A DNA stretch of 45,983 bases from Thermoproteota archaeon. Its GTDB lineage: Archaea > Korarchaeota > Korarchaeia > B14-G2. This document shows positions 18,419 through 27,233 of the stretch, piece by piece. The position numbers and the translations under genes were made by a program. Where the stretch lies: positions 1-45,983 of the forward strand of contig JAVCBW010000014.1 in the NCBI GenBank assembly GCA_037917675.1, written 5' to 3'. The notes beneath the pieces were generated by a model. That model ran no database searches. It was not told the DNA's origin and was given only the letters and a program-made list of their open reading frames with translations. Position 1 is the first letter of the stretch. Every line of letters begins with the position of its first letter.

Positions 18419-19786
18419 CTACCTGCCAGCCTTCCTGAGGTGCCTTGCTGCATCCTCTGTTGCCTGCAGGAGCTTCTCAAGGTCTTCTCTCGTGTGTGCT
18501 GCTGAGAATGCTCCAGCGTGGCCTGGCAGGAAGAAAACTCCTCTGTTTATGAGCATCAGGTGGTAGAGCCTCTGGAGGCTTTTATCAGCCTTCTCATGGC
18601 AGTCTCTTGCACTCTTTATCTCATAGTCTCCTGTCAGGAAGTGTGTCAGCATCAGCGACGCTGCTCCTGTCGTCTTCGCTCTGACCCCATATGCATCAAG
18701 TATGCTGTCCACCTTCGCTCTAGCCTCATCTCCTAGGGTGTTTATCCACCTGTATATGCCTGGATCTGATGTGAGCTTCCTCAGGACTGCTAGGCCAGCT
18801 GCTAGTGTCAGGTGGTTTGCACTAAATGTGCCTCCACCCACCCATGCTCTCTCCCACTTCTCTCTACCTACTGGGTTCGCCAGCTCCATGACCTCCCTTA
18901 GGCCACACACAGCTCCAACTGGAGCTCCTCCACCGAGTATCTTCCCTAGGACTGCTAGATCAGGCTTCACCCCATAGTATTCCTGCCCCCCACCTGGAGC
19001 CAGCCTGAACCCAGTTATCACCTCATCGAAAACCAAGAGAGCACCCCACTTATCTGCCTGCTCTCTCAGGAGCTTAAGGAACTCCCTCTCTGCAGGTATA
19101 GCGCCTCCTGCTGCAAGCAGGGGCTCAGCTATTATGGCTGCAACCCTATCCTTAAGCTGTTCCAGCTTCCTCTCAGCTCCCTCTATGTCATTGAATGGTA
19201 TTGCAGTAAGCTTCTGCTCAAGGAGCCCTATGGAATCAGGCTTCTCAAAGGGGTAGCTTACCGCCTTCATCAGCGTGTCGCTTCCGCCATGCCACCCACC
19301 CTCCATCTTGACGACGAGCTCTCTACGCGTATATGCTCTAGCTAGCCTTATAGCATACATGGCTGCCTCAGTGCCAGTGTTTGTAAACCTGACTTCCTCA
19401 GCACAGGGTACTGTCCTGCAGACTAGCTCAGCCAGCTCAACCTGGAGCTCACTCACAGTCCCTAGGTGGAGGCTCTCCTCAGCAGCTCTCTTGACTGCCT
19501 CAACAGCCTCTCTAGGAGCGTGGCCGAGGATAGCTGAGAAGTGAGCCATCCACATGTCAACATACTCATTCCCATCAACATCCCAGATCTTCGAGCCTAG
19601 CCCTCTCGTAGAGTAGAAGGGATATGGCTCAAAGAACCTTATGTTATGGCATACTCCACCTGGCATAACCTTAGCTGCTCTCCCATAGAGCTCAAGAGAG
19701 CGTCTAGTCTTAGCCCTATAGGCCTCAACCTCCCTAGTGTAGACATCCATGAGCTCCAATCTAGCACCCTGTGCCCCATACATCAC
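18419..19786 (-). CDS. hemL: Glutamate-1-semialdehyde aminomutase-like class III aminotransferase
   Basis: MPGGV, FTNTGTEA, GWHG, FDEVITGFR, LGKILGGG, GGTFSAN. Could be a paralog, since no other hem genes lie nearby. Confidence 0.8.
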   Translation of the reverse strand: MMYGAQGARLELMDVYTREVEAYRAKTRRSLELYGRAAKVMPGGVCHNIRFFEPYPFYSTRGLGSKIWDVDGNEYVDMWMAHFSAILGHAPREAVEAVKRAAEESLHLGTVSELQVELAELVCRTVPCAEEVRFTNTGTEAAMYAIRLARAYTRRELVVKMEGGWHGGSDTLMKAVSYPFEKPDSIGLLEQKLTAIPFNDIEGAERKLEQLKDRVAAIIAEPLLAAGGAIPAEREFLKLLREQADKWGALLVFDEVITGFRLAPGGGQEYYGVKPDLAVLGKILGGGAPVGAVCGLREVMELANPVGREKWERAWVGGGTFSANHLTLAAGLAVLRKLTSDPGIYRWINTLGDEARAKVDSILDAYGVRAKTTGAASLMLTHFLTGDYEIKSARDCHEKADKSLQRLYHLMLINRGVFFLPGHAGAFSAAHTREDLEKLLQATEDAARHLRKAGR

Positions 19787-19825
19787 AGCTTAAAAAGAGC
19801 TATGGCTGTGCTCTCTGGTGTATGC

Positions 19826-20368
19826 TTGGAGCTTAAGCTGCTTGTAGCTAGATCTGAGTGCCCTCTAGAGGACGCCCTGAACGCTAGGAGAGCTATAGAG
19901 GAAGGCTTCAGAGGCCTCGTCAGGGCATCTAGCATAGTCCCTGAGCTAGAAGCTCCAAGGCAAGCCTACTCTGAGAGCAGGAGGCAGCATCTTGCCTCAG
20001 CGTTCGTGAAGCTGGCTGAGGAAGCCAGGAGAGCCCACAAAGCTGACATAGGCCTCATAGTCACATCACTAGACCTCTATGCGCCAGGCCTGAACTTCGT
20101 CTTCGGAGAGGCTACACTGAGAGCTGGCGTAGTCTCGACAGCTAGGCTCAGGCAGAGCTTCTGGGGGCTCCCTGAGGACAGCAGGCTCTTCCTGAGGAGG
20201 CTGGCTGTGGTAGCTCGCCATGAGGTAGGCCATACACTAGGCCTCCCCCACTGCATAGACTGGAGCTGCTTCATGCACTTCCATAACTCAGTATATGAGC
20301 TGGATGCTGGTGGAGCAGAGTTATGTGAAGGCTGCTGGAGAAAGCTGAGGGCAGCATACCTAGGGTAG
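19826..20368 (+). CDS. amzA: Archaemetzincin Zn metalloprotease (M54)
   Basis: DLYAPGLNFVFGEA and HEVGHTLGLPHC..CFM..CEGC. The track start overlaps hemL, so the real start is ~19802-19826. Confidence 0.9.
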   Translation: MELKLLVARSECPLEDALNARRAIEEGFRGLVRASSIVPELEAPRQAYSESRRQHLASAFVKLAEEARRAHKADIGLIVTSLDLYAPGLNFVFGEATLRAGVVSTARLRQSFWGLPEDSRLFLRRLAVVARHEVGHTLGLPHCIDWSCFMHFHNSVYELDAGGAELCEGCWRKLRAAYLG

Positions 20369-20503
20369 AAGGTGCATGCTAGGGTTAGCGGTGTATCTGA
20401 TGCCAGCAGGCTGAAGATAGAGCAGCTCAAGCTGGTCAGCTATGGTGCTCTAGCTGATGGCATCAAGTACATACTCCAGGCTCTGCTCGAGAGATCACCT
20501 GGA

Positions 20504-20827
20504 CTACATGACTCTCGTCCCAGGTGGAACCTGCCTGTCTGTTGTCAGTAGGACTGGCTTGTCGTCATATACTGCAGCTAAGAGCATCCCCTGTGAGAGC
20601 ACTCCTCTTATCTTCTTTGGCTCAAGGTTAGCTAGTACTATTATGGTCTTGCCAACTAGCTCCTCAGGCCTATACTCGTCTGCTATCCCTGCCACAAGCT
20701 GCCTAACTCCAAGCTCTCCGAGGTCTACTTCAAGCCTCACCAGCTTAGCTGTCCCAGGGACCCTTTCAGCTAGCTTCACAACTCCAGCTCTAATATCTAG
20801 CTTGCTGAACTCTGAGATCGAGATCAT
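20504..20827 (-). CDS. tRNA-binding OB-fold protein (Trbp111/CsaA/MetRS C-terminal-like)
   Basis: EFSKLDIRAG, RQLVAGI, ANLEPKKIRGVLSQGMLLAA. Confidence 0.92.
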   Translation of the reverse strand: MISISEFSKLDIRAGVVKLAERVPGTAKLVRLEVDLGELGVRQLVAGIADEYRPEELVGKTIIVLANLEPKKIRGVLSQGMLLAAVYDDKPVLLTTDRQVPPGTRVM

Positions 20828-20880
20828 GCCATCACACCCTGACCCCCTAGCTTTAATTAGATAAGCGTTTTTCTCAGAGG

Positions 20881-21117
20881 GTGCTTTTGGAGCTTAAAGA
20901 GGACAAGGTCTATGAGGCCATATACCTGGCTGTGAAGAGTGTCTTTGATGAGGCATTAGAGACTGCTGTTGCTAAAGCTAGGTCAGCTGGCCGCAACGTT
21001 GACAAGAGTGATGTGCTACTCGACCTGATCTATGAGGCTATCAGAGAGGGGGCTTATAGGGCTCTTAGAGAGGCCTTAGCTTCCAAGCTTACTGGGGGAG
21101 CTCTTGACCTCGAGTAG
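20881..21117 (+). CDS. Small helical hypothetical protein
   Basis: 78-aa ORF with host-like codon use and an internal repeat (VYEAIYLAV / IYEAIREGA). Confidence 0.55.
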   Translation: MLLELKEDKVYEAIYLAVKSVFDEALETAVAKARSAGRNVDKSDVLLDLIYEAIREGAYRALREALASKLTGGALDLE

Positions 21118-21812
21118 GGGTTCAGCGGATGTCTATGTTGGTTAGCAGGCATCCTCCTTGAGGTGCATCAACATCAGCTCCCTCTGGGTCGTCGGGAGCA
21201 TATCATCGGTCTCGCCTCCTTTCAGGGTAACCTCACTCCTCCTCAGGATCTGGAGGACATGCTCCTCCCATACCCTCATGGAAGGAGGGAAACCCCACAT
21301 CTTTAGATAGAGGTTTATAGGAGCATTCAATCGCCTTCAATCTTTAATCCACATTTGCATTCAGAACCTGCCCCTTTTGACGCTTCATTTCCCCACCACA
21401 TCTGGGGTCGAGCGATCTGACGTCGGCTTTATAGCTCATCAAAGACACTATTTGCTTCCAGTTCTGCCTCAAAACCGCTCTGTTGTGTGTCTTCCTCTTT
21501 ACAGAACATCCCTTCTCCTTGGCATAAGCTTTGATCAGCTCAATTTGCCTCTCCAAATCGTCCTTCTGAGTGTGCGATGAACCCCTCACATAACCTATCA
21601 TCTTCTTTTCTTTACGATCCCCCAAAGCTTTTTATCTCGGACTCTGAAAACTCTCCTCTCCCTCCAACTGCTCTAACACACTTTCTCCCCTCCCTGTCCC
21701 ACCTCTGAATAGTCTTAACGTGTACTCTAAGCAGTTTTGATGCCTCCTTCATCATATATAACCGCTCCATGTCTACTCACTAAATGTATTAATGCTGACA
21801 GTTTCACAGGGC
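21118..21812 (-). mobile_element. Internally deleted, frameshifted IS607-family element (tnpA 5' part fused to tnpB 3' part)
   Basis: ATG 21770 begins broken MerR-HTH remnants (KEASKLLRVHVKTIQRWDREG), then IGYVRGSSHTQKDDLERQ (IS607 resolvase), then TnpB-like NWKQIVSLMSYKA..DPRCGG and NAPINLYLKMWG. Base composition differs from the host. Ends are approximate. Confidence 0.8.
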
Positions 21813-21867
21813 ATGTAGGTACATTGTTTAAACTTTTTAAGCAGCCTATAGCAGGCTGAGTGGTAGC

Positions 21868-23667
21868 ATGACAGCTAAGATGGCTATTCTCCTAGCTCTC
21901 ACATTGATGGCTCCAGTGGCTGCAGCAGCTCAGCCATGCTGTAGCAGTGTCCTAGGGAAGTATGAGAGCGGGTTTGACGTCTCGAGCTATACTATAGAGT
22001 ATGGTGGGCTATACACCATAGACCTATGCTTCAAGGGAGGAGCACTCTTCTCTATCGGGGTCTGTAGGGAGTGTAGCCTTGTTACAGAGCTGGAGACTGC
22101 AGCTGAGCTCGGGGCTATAGCCCTCTACATGAGGAACATGAGCTTAACCTCTCCAGGATTCTGGAGTGAGAGGGTAGCTGAAGCAGAGGAGTGGCTTAAC
22201 ACTAGCATGAGTATAATGAGGTGTAGTGAAGCTAGGAACCTCTCAGCTAGAGCTCTGAACTCGACCATAGATGCTCTTGAGAGGCTTGTTGAGCTTACTT
22301 CAGCTCCACCTAAGCCATATACTGTGAGGTGGGTCTTGGAGTGCAGCCGCCTCATAGGGAACTACTCGAGGTCCCTAGCAGAGGTCTCTGAAGCCTATAG
22401 GATGGAGGCAGAGTACCTCAGAGAGGCAGGGGCTGAGACTCTAGCTTATGCAGCTGAGTTCCTAGCAGACATGTATGAGAGAGCCTCTAAACGATATGCT
22501 GCCAAGCCTGAAAGCTTCGAGCCTGAAGCTAGGCTTCTAGCTGAGAAGTTTCTAAGAGAGCAGGTGAAGCCCATAGTGGAGGTAGCTGACCCTGAGGCTC
22601 CACCTAGCACCCCACCTGGCAGAGTCTTCACCATAAAGGTCTCTCTAAAAAATAGAGGAGACCTAGAGACGCTAGTGTCTCTAGACAAGGTGGATAAGCC
22701 ACCATACATCGACTTGGTCTCCTATGAGGTTCCTGAGAGGATTCAGCCAGGAGCTACAGCTAGAGCAGTGCTAGAGCTATCTGTTAGCATAGGAGCCCCA
22801 CCTGGGAGAGCGGATATAAAGCTCCACTTCACATTCAAAACGCCGTTTGGAGCTACTGAGCCAGCTACAGCAGGCGTATCTACCAGGGTCAGAGAGGCTC
22901 CTCTAGTCAGGGTCTCTATCAAGGCTGTAAAGCTCTCCGCTATAGCAGGAGGGGCCTGCAAGGCTGTGGTAGAGCTCTCAAACAATGGGACAGCAGACGC
23001 TTTCAATGTCAAGCTCTATGTGGAGTCTGATGTTGAAGCTGATCTCAAGCCTTCTGAGATCCCTATAATTAGAGCTGGATCAACTGAAAGCGTTGAGCTC
23101 GAGCTTAAGTCAAGTGAGCCAGGCCGCTATAAGGCTGAGGTCGTGGCGATATACCTAGATATGGAGGGGCTCAGGTACACAACGAACAAGGAGAGCATAG
23201 AGGCCTCATTCTATGCTGGAGCTCAGCTAGAGCTCCACTCTAATGCTACCCTCAGAGTCAAGAGCGGCAGAGAGGCTGAGCTCGATATAACGCTAGTCAA
23301 TATAGGTGACAGGGAAGCTAAGGATATCAAGCTTGCTATACAAGGAGGTGAAGAGGTTAATGCTACAGTTTACCCAAGTGAGCTAAGCTCTCTAAAGCCA
23401 GGTGAGCAGGCTCTAGTGAAGCTCAAGGTCGCTCCCGGGAGAGGCTATGCTGTCCTAGAGGATAGGAACCTGAGTGTCAAGCTTAAGGTGACCTATACTA
23501 CAGAGGACGTGAGCAGAGAGCTGTCTCATGAAGTAGAGGTCTCAGTAGCTAGAGTAGTGAGCCCTAGGCTACTCACCATACCAGCTGTAGTTGTTGTGGC
23601 TGCAGTCGCTACACTAGTGCTCAAGGCTAAGAGAGCTAGGAAGAAGAGGAAGGAGAAGCTTGGCTAA
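21868..23667 (+). CDS. Secreted, C-terminally anchored surface protein with Ig-like CARDB/NEW3 (COG1361) repeats
   Basis: Signal peptide, three repeats of LxNxG..(A)..V..I.PG..A.LEL, and a C-terminal TM helix with a basic tail. Confidence 0.8.
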   Translation: MTAKMAILLALTLMAPVAAAAQPCCSSVLGKYESGFDVSSYTIEYGGLYTIDLCFKGGALFSIGVCRECSLVTELETAAELGAIALYMRNMSLTSPGFWSERVAEAEEWLNTSMSIMRCSEARNLSARALNSTIDALERLVELTSAPPKPYTVRWVLECSRLIGNYSRSLAEVSEAYRMEAEYLREAGAETLAYAAEFLADMYERASKRYAAKPESFEPEARLLAEKFLREQVKPIVEVADPEAPPSTPPGRVFTIKVSLKNRGDLETLVSLDKVDKPPYIDLVSYEVPERIQPGATARAVLELSVSIGAPPGRADIKLHFTFKTPFGATEPATAGVSTRVREAPLVRVSIKAVKLSAIAGGACKAVVELSNNGTADAFNVKLYVESDVEADLKPSEIPIIRAGSTESVELELKSSEPGRYKAEVVAIYLDMEGLRYTTNKESIEASFYAGAQLELHSNATLRVKSGREAELDITLVNIGDREAKDIKLAIQGGEEVNATVYPSELSSLKPGEQALVKLKVAPGRGYAVLEDRNLSVKLKVTYTTEDVSRELSHEVEVSVARVVSPRLLTIPAVVVVAAVATLVLKAKRARKKRKEKLG

Positions 23668-23670
23668 ACC

Positions 23671-24465
23671 ATGGAGCTAGAAGAGGAGATGAGAGAGCTG
23701 GAGCTATACAGGTGGCTTAGACTACCTAAGGCATCTCTGTTCTTTCTGAGGTGTGATGGCTGGAGGTTCCATAGGCTTAGTGAGCAGCTGAAGCTTGAGA
23801 AGCCATATGACATGAGGTTTGCTAGGTGCATGGTAGATGCTGTGAAAGAAGTCTTCAAGAGCGGCCTCAACCCAATCCTAGCATACACATTCTCTGATGA
23901 GGTGAGCTTCCTGATGAAAGGCGACGTCTTCAGCGGGAGGGTTGAGAAGCTCAACTCGATAGTATCAAGCCTCCTCTCAAGCTCCCTCGCATACATGCTG
24001 GAGCAGGTGTTCCAGCTCAAGCCTAAAGTAGCCTTCGACTCAAGAGTAGTCTACACTGGGCTAGAGAAGGCAGCAGACTACTTAGCTTGGAGGCAGCTTG
24101 AAGCATGGAGAAACCACCTGAACTCATATGCATATAATACACTCATATCGATGGGCCTCTCTCCAAGGGAGGCAGCTGCCCGCCTGAGAGGGCTGAGAAG
24201 CAACCAGATACATGAGCTCGTCTACAGGGAGGCTGGAGTAAACCTCGCTAAGACACCAGCATGGCAGAGGAGGGGCATACTGGTATACTGGAGGAGATAC
24301 GTCAAGACTGGAGTAGACCCGAGGACTGGGGAGGTAAGGGAGGCTGAGAGGAGGAAGCTGGTTGAGAACTGGAGGCCACCTGACTTTAAGAAGGAGAGGA
24401 GCTGGATCCTAGCTCTGATAGCCGAGGCAGCAGAGAGGCATCAGGGAGGCAAGTGCGGGAGCTGA
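23671..24465 (+). CDS. thg1: tRNA(His) guanylyltransferase / Thg1-like 3'-5' polymerase
   Basis: LRCDGWRFH, YTFSDEVS, GRVEKLNS, AFDSRV, YLAWRQ.EAWRNHLN, PAWQRRG. Confidence 0.93.
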   Translation: MELEEEMRELELYRWLRLPKASLFFLRCDGWRFHRLSEQLKLEKPYDMRFARCMVDAVKEVFKSGLNPILAYTFSDEVSFLMKGDVFSGRVEKLNSIVSSLLSSSLAYMLEQVFQLKPKVAFDSRVVYTGLEKAADYLAWRQLEAWRNHLNSYAYNTLISMGLSPREAAARLRGLRSNQIHELVYREAGVNLAKTPAWQRRGILVYWRRYVKTGVDPRTGEVREAERRKLVENWRPPDFKKERSWILALIAEAAERHQGGKCGS

Positions 24466-24610
24466 GGCTCTTAAGCCAGCCACCTAGAGGCTTTCTCTCC
24501 ATGCAAAGCTGCTTCTGCCAAGTCTGCAGCTCAAGTAGGCTTCCTGGAAGCCACCTACCGATAAACTTAAGTATGGCAGCTCAGCAGCCCTTGAGAGGTG
24601 CCAGGTGTGG

Positions 24611-24766
24611 GTGGCTACATTCTCGGCTAGAGTCAACTCAGGCCCCAAGCCTCAAGATCTCCCTGGAAAGAACTTCTGGACATGCCTGGAATGCCCCCTT
24701 GGCCCCATACCCAAGCTTGAATGCAGACACTACTGCCTAGTTGGCCCAGGAAACAGTGGAGTATAG
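24611..24766 (+). CDS. Putative 51-aa Cys-rich microprotein
   Basis: Hand-translated: MATFSARVNSGPKPQDLPGKNFWTCLECPLGPIPKLECRHYCLVGPGNSGV. GAGGTG/AGGTG SD and a TATA-like AAACTTAAGTA at 24563-24573. Confidence 0.45.
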   Translation: MATFSARVNSGPKPQDLPGKNFWTCLECPLGPIPKLECRHYCLVGPGNSGV

Positions 24767-24799
24767 GAGCATGAGAGTCGAGTACCTCAATGGTGAAGT

Positions 24800-25090
24800 G
24801 GGCTGTTCCATAAATAGGGACAAATGGAACATTCAAGTATTTTCCACACATAACTATGATTAGAGAAGTGGTGGTGAGGCTTTACAGGACTGGTGAAGTT
24901 GCGAAGAGGCTTGGAGTTTCAACAATGACAGTACGGCGTTGGATTAAAGTGGGGAAAATAGAGGCATACCAAATCGGGAAGGAGTTTAGAATTCCAGAAG
25001 GTGAGGTCTTGAGGCTCCTTGAGGGCAAGCTCCCCGACAAAGTTGTCATTTATGCGAGAGTCTCCAGCAGAGGCCAAAAAGAAGATCGTC
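24800..25090 (+). mobile_element. Truncated IS607-family tnpA (HTH plus start of serine resolvase) with probable left end
   Basis: LYRTGEVAKRLGVSTMTVRRWIK..RIPEGEV..VIYARVSSRGQKED, then similarity stops abruptly. Confidence 0.8.
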
Positions 25091-25110
25091 GTGGTCGTCG
25101 TGGAGCCAGC

Positions 25111-25641
25111 TTAGGAGAGCACTAGCCTAATGAACCTCCTCTGGAGCTCAATAACCTCCCCGCTGTCTCCAGCCTTGCTATAGGCTTCAAGATACTCCCT
25201 GTTCAGCTCAAGGAATATAGGTCCCCACTTAAACAGGCCCATAATCCTCTCAGCATCTCTCCTGTATCCCAGGATGTAGAGTGCAGCAGCTAAGGCTTCA
25301 GCTGTAGACAGCCTAGCAACCTGACCATAGTTCACTGGGTTGGCTGCAATAAGATAGGGCATAGCCCTCCCAGGCCTTCTAATCCCATAGAAAACTTCTT
25401 CAGCAAGCTTCCAGGAGCAGTCTATGGCAGCAATACCATAGTGCTCAGCAGCCCACCTATCAGCTGGAGATAAGGCTCTAGGTGAGAATGGGTTCAGCAA
25501 AATAGCCTTGCGAGGAAGCATCCTAATGCTTGAGACAGCTGACGCAAAGCCTGCTCTAGTAAGCCTCCTTCCAGTACACTTACGTCTATCACAGTGCTTT
25601 AAGTCTAGGATAAAGAGCTTGATCAACATGCTCACCAGCAT
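25111..25641 (-). CDS. tsr3: 16S rRNA aminocarboxypropyltransferase (DUF367)
   Basis: HCDRRKCTGRRL, LSPADR, IDCSW, LIAANPVNYG, LSTAEALAAAL, FKWGPIFLELN. Confidence 0.93.
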   Translation of the reverse strand: MLVSMLIKLFILDLKHCDRRKCTGRRLTRAGFASAVSSIRMLPRKAILLNPFSPRALSPADRWAAEHYGIAAIDCSWKLAEEVFYGIRRPGRAMPYLIAANPVNYGQVARLSTAEALAAALYILGYRRDAERIMGLFKWGPIFLELNREYLEAYSKAGDSGEVIELQRRFIRLVLS

Positions 25642-26195
25642 ATGTATCCGTGCAGGTGGGAGCTCTGCTCTGAGCTCCTCTAAAAATCATGGGAGCACCT
25701 TGTGTGAGGTGCCCTGCTACATCCGCCCTGCTGGGCTTCAGTACACTGCTCAACCAGCCTGCGCGGGCTACCTGCTGGAAGTAAGCTCCTCCTGTGCTTT
25801 GAGATAAGCTTGAGCACCCTGGAATCCTGTACTCCCACCTGCTCTACGGCATCCGACCTGCTGCTGGGTCATCGCACTCCAGCAGGTCTTCACCACAACA
25901 TATTTCCAGCATGGATTTAAAAACTTTTCGACTGCCCTAAGCACCTAGAGGCCCCCTCCCATGGATGCTCAAGCCTAGGAGGGTAGCTAGCCTCTCAGAG
26001 CGAGAGCTCTTCAGCTAGAGCTCGCTTTGGCCCAACTATCAGGAAGCGTATAGGGCGTCGGAGGCTGAAAGCTAAGCTATGTCAGCTCAGCAGCCTTCAG
26101 GCCTCAGCTATGGTCCAGCTTCCAGAGCATATCTCAGAGCTTCTCATGAACTCATAGCTCAGCAGCTTAAGCTGAACCATAAAAATGTTGGGTGG

Positions 26196-27155
26196 TTAAG
26201 CTGGCTGATAGCTCAATAGCTCTATCACAACCTTCTCGCTAGCTGTCTCCACTATAACCTTAACTGGCACAGGTACATCTCTGGAAACCCAGCATCTAGT
26301 GACAGATTCTCTACTCCTGCTCTCATAGACTTCACATGTAAATGTTCCAGCTGGAACCTGTACTGTCTCATATCCTATGAAAGTGAGCTCTGCTTCCGGC
26401 TGGCCTTCCGGCTGGCCTCTAGCAAACACCATAGTACTACTATACTGAGCACACGGGACCCCTATCTCCATCTGCCCACTCTTGATATATGCCTTCACAC
26501 ACTCTAGCGTCCTCTTATCCAAGTACACTACGAGAGTGACCCTATTCCCATACATCTCAGTGACAACAGTCAGAGCCCAGCAGTCTCTTCCATCAACCAA
26601 CTTAGAGCTGACTTCATACCTCTGTGTCATCTCTGTACGCTGCCCCTGAGCTGTCGTAGTGACCATTCTATAGCTGAAGGACTTCACCTTAGACAGCAGG
26701 AAGAGCTCTCCGTAGCTAGCTCTCGGTGTCAGAGTAGGAGTAGGAGATGCTCTAGGCGTCGGAGCTGGAGTTGGAGCAGATGCAGGGGTCCTCCTAGGTC
26801 TGGGAGTCTCAGGGAAGCTGGGGCTTGGAGTAGGCTTAGGAGGCTTAGGTTTAGAGGGCCTAGGCCTAGGTGGTGCTGTTGGAGCTGGAGTGGGTGCTGG
26901 AGTTGGGGTGGGAGCTGGAGCTGGCTTCTTGCTCTTCAGGTATAGCAGCCCACCTGCTGCGACTGCAGCTATGACTACTATAGCTAGCGCTATTGGAAGC
27001 CATGTCTTCCTAGGTGAGGGAGGTGGGGGTGGAGGTGTCTCTAGTTGCCTCATGTACTTCTCTCTGAGCTCTCTGTATGTCTCCTCACTTATCCTGCCCT
27101 CAGCTAGAGCCTCATCAAGATCTCTAAGCTTCTTCTCGAGGTCTCTCTCAGACAA
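26196..27155 (-). CDS. Single-pass membrane protein: SHOCT-like N-terminus, Pro/Thr-rich linker, extracellular beta domain
   Basis: LDEALAEGRISEETYRELREK, then a TM helix, PAPTPTP repeats and ETVQVPAGTFTC. Confidence 0.75.
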   Translation of the reverse strand: MSERDLEKKLRDLDEALAEGRISEETYRELREKYMRQLETPPPPPPSPRKTWLPIALAIVVIAAVAAGGLLYLKSKKPAPAPTPTPAPTPAPTAPPRPRPSKPKPPKPTPSPSFPETPRPRRTPASAPTPAPTPRASPTPTLTPRASYGELFLLSKVKSFSYRMVTTTAQGQRTEMTQRYEVSSKLVDGRDCWALTVVTEMYGNRVTLVVYLDKRTLECVKAYIKSGQMEIGVPCAQYSSTMVFARGQPEGQPEAELTFIGYETVQVPAGTFTCEVYESRSRESVTRCWVSRDVPVPVKVIVETASEKVVIELLSYQPA

Positions 27156-27233
27156 GCTACCCCCAGCATGTATGCTGGAAGCATGTAAATAAGTGTTGTG
27201 GAATGTGTGTCTATCTAGTAAATTAGCTTCTGG

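Noticed and set aside
19646-19825. N-terminal extension of the archaemetzincin ORF
   Set aside because: It overlaps the divergent hemL-like gene and promoter region, so the real start is later.
25642-26195. Long intergenic region with short ORFs
   Set aside because: No recognisable motifs or convincing start signals; it may be decayed sequence but I cannot support a call.
26730-26925. Short repeats (GGAGCTGGAGT-like) as a possible CRISPR or VNTR
   Set aside because: They encode a Pro/Thr/Ala linker and show no repeat-spacer periodicity.
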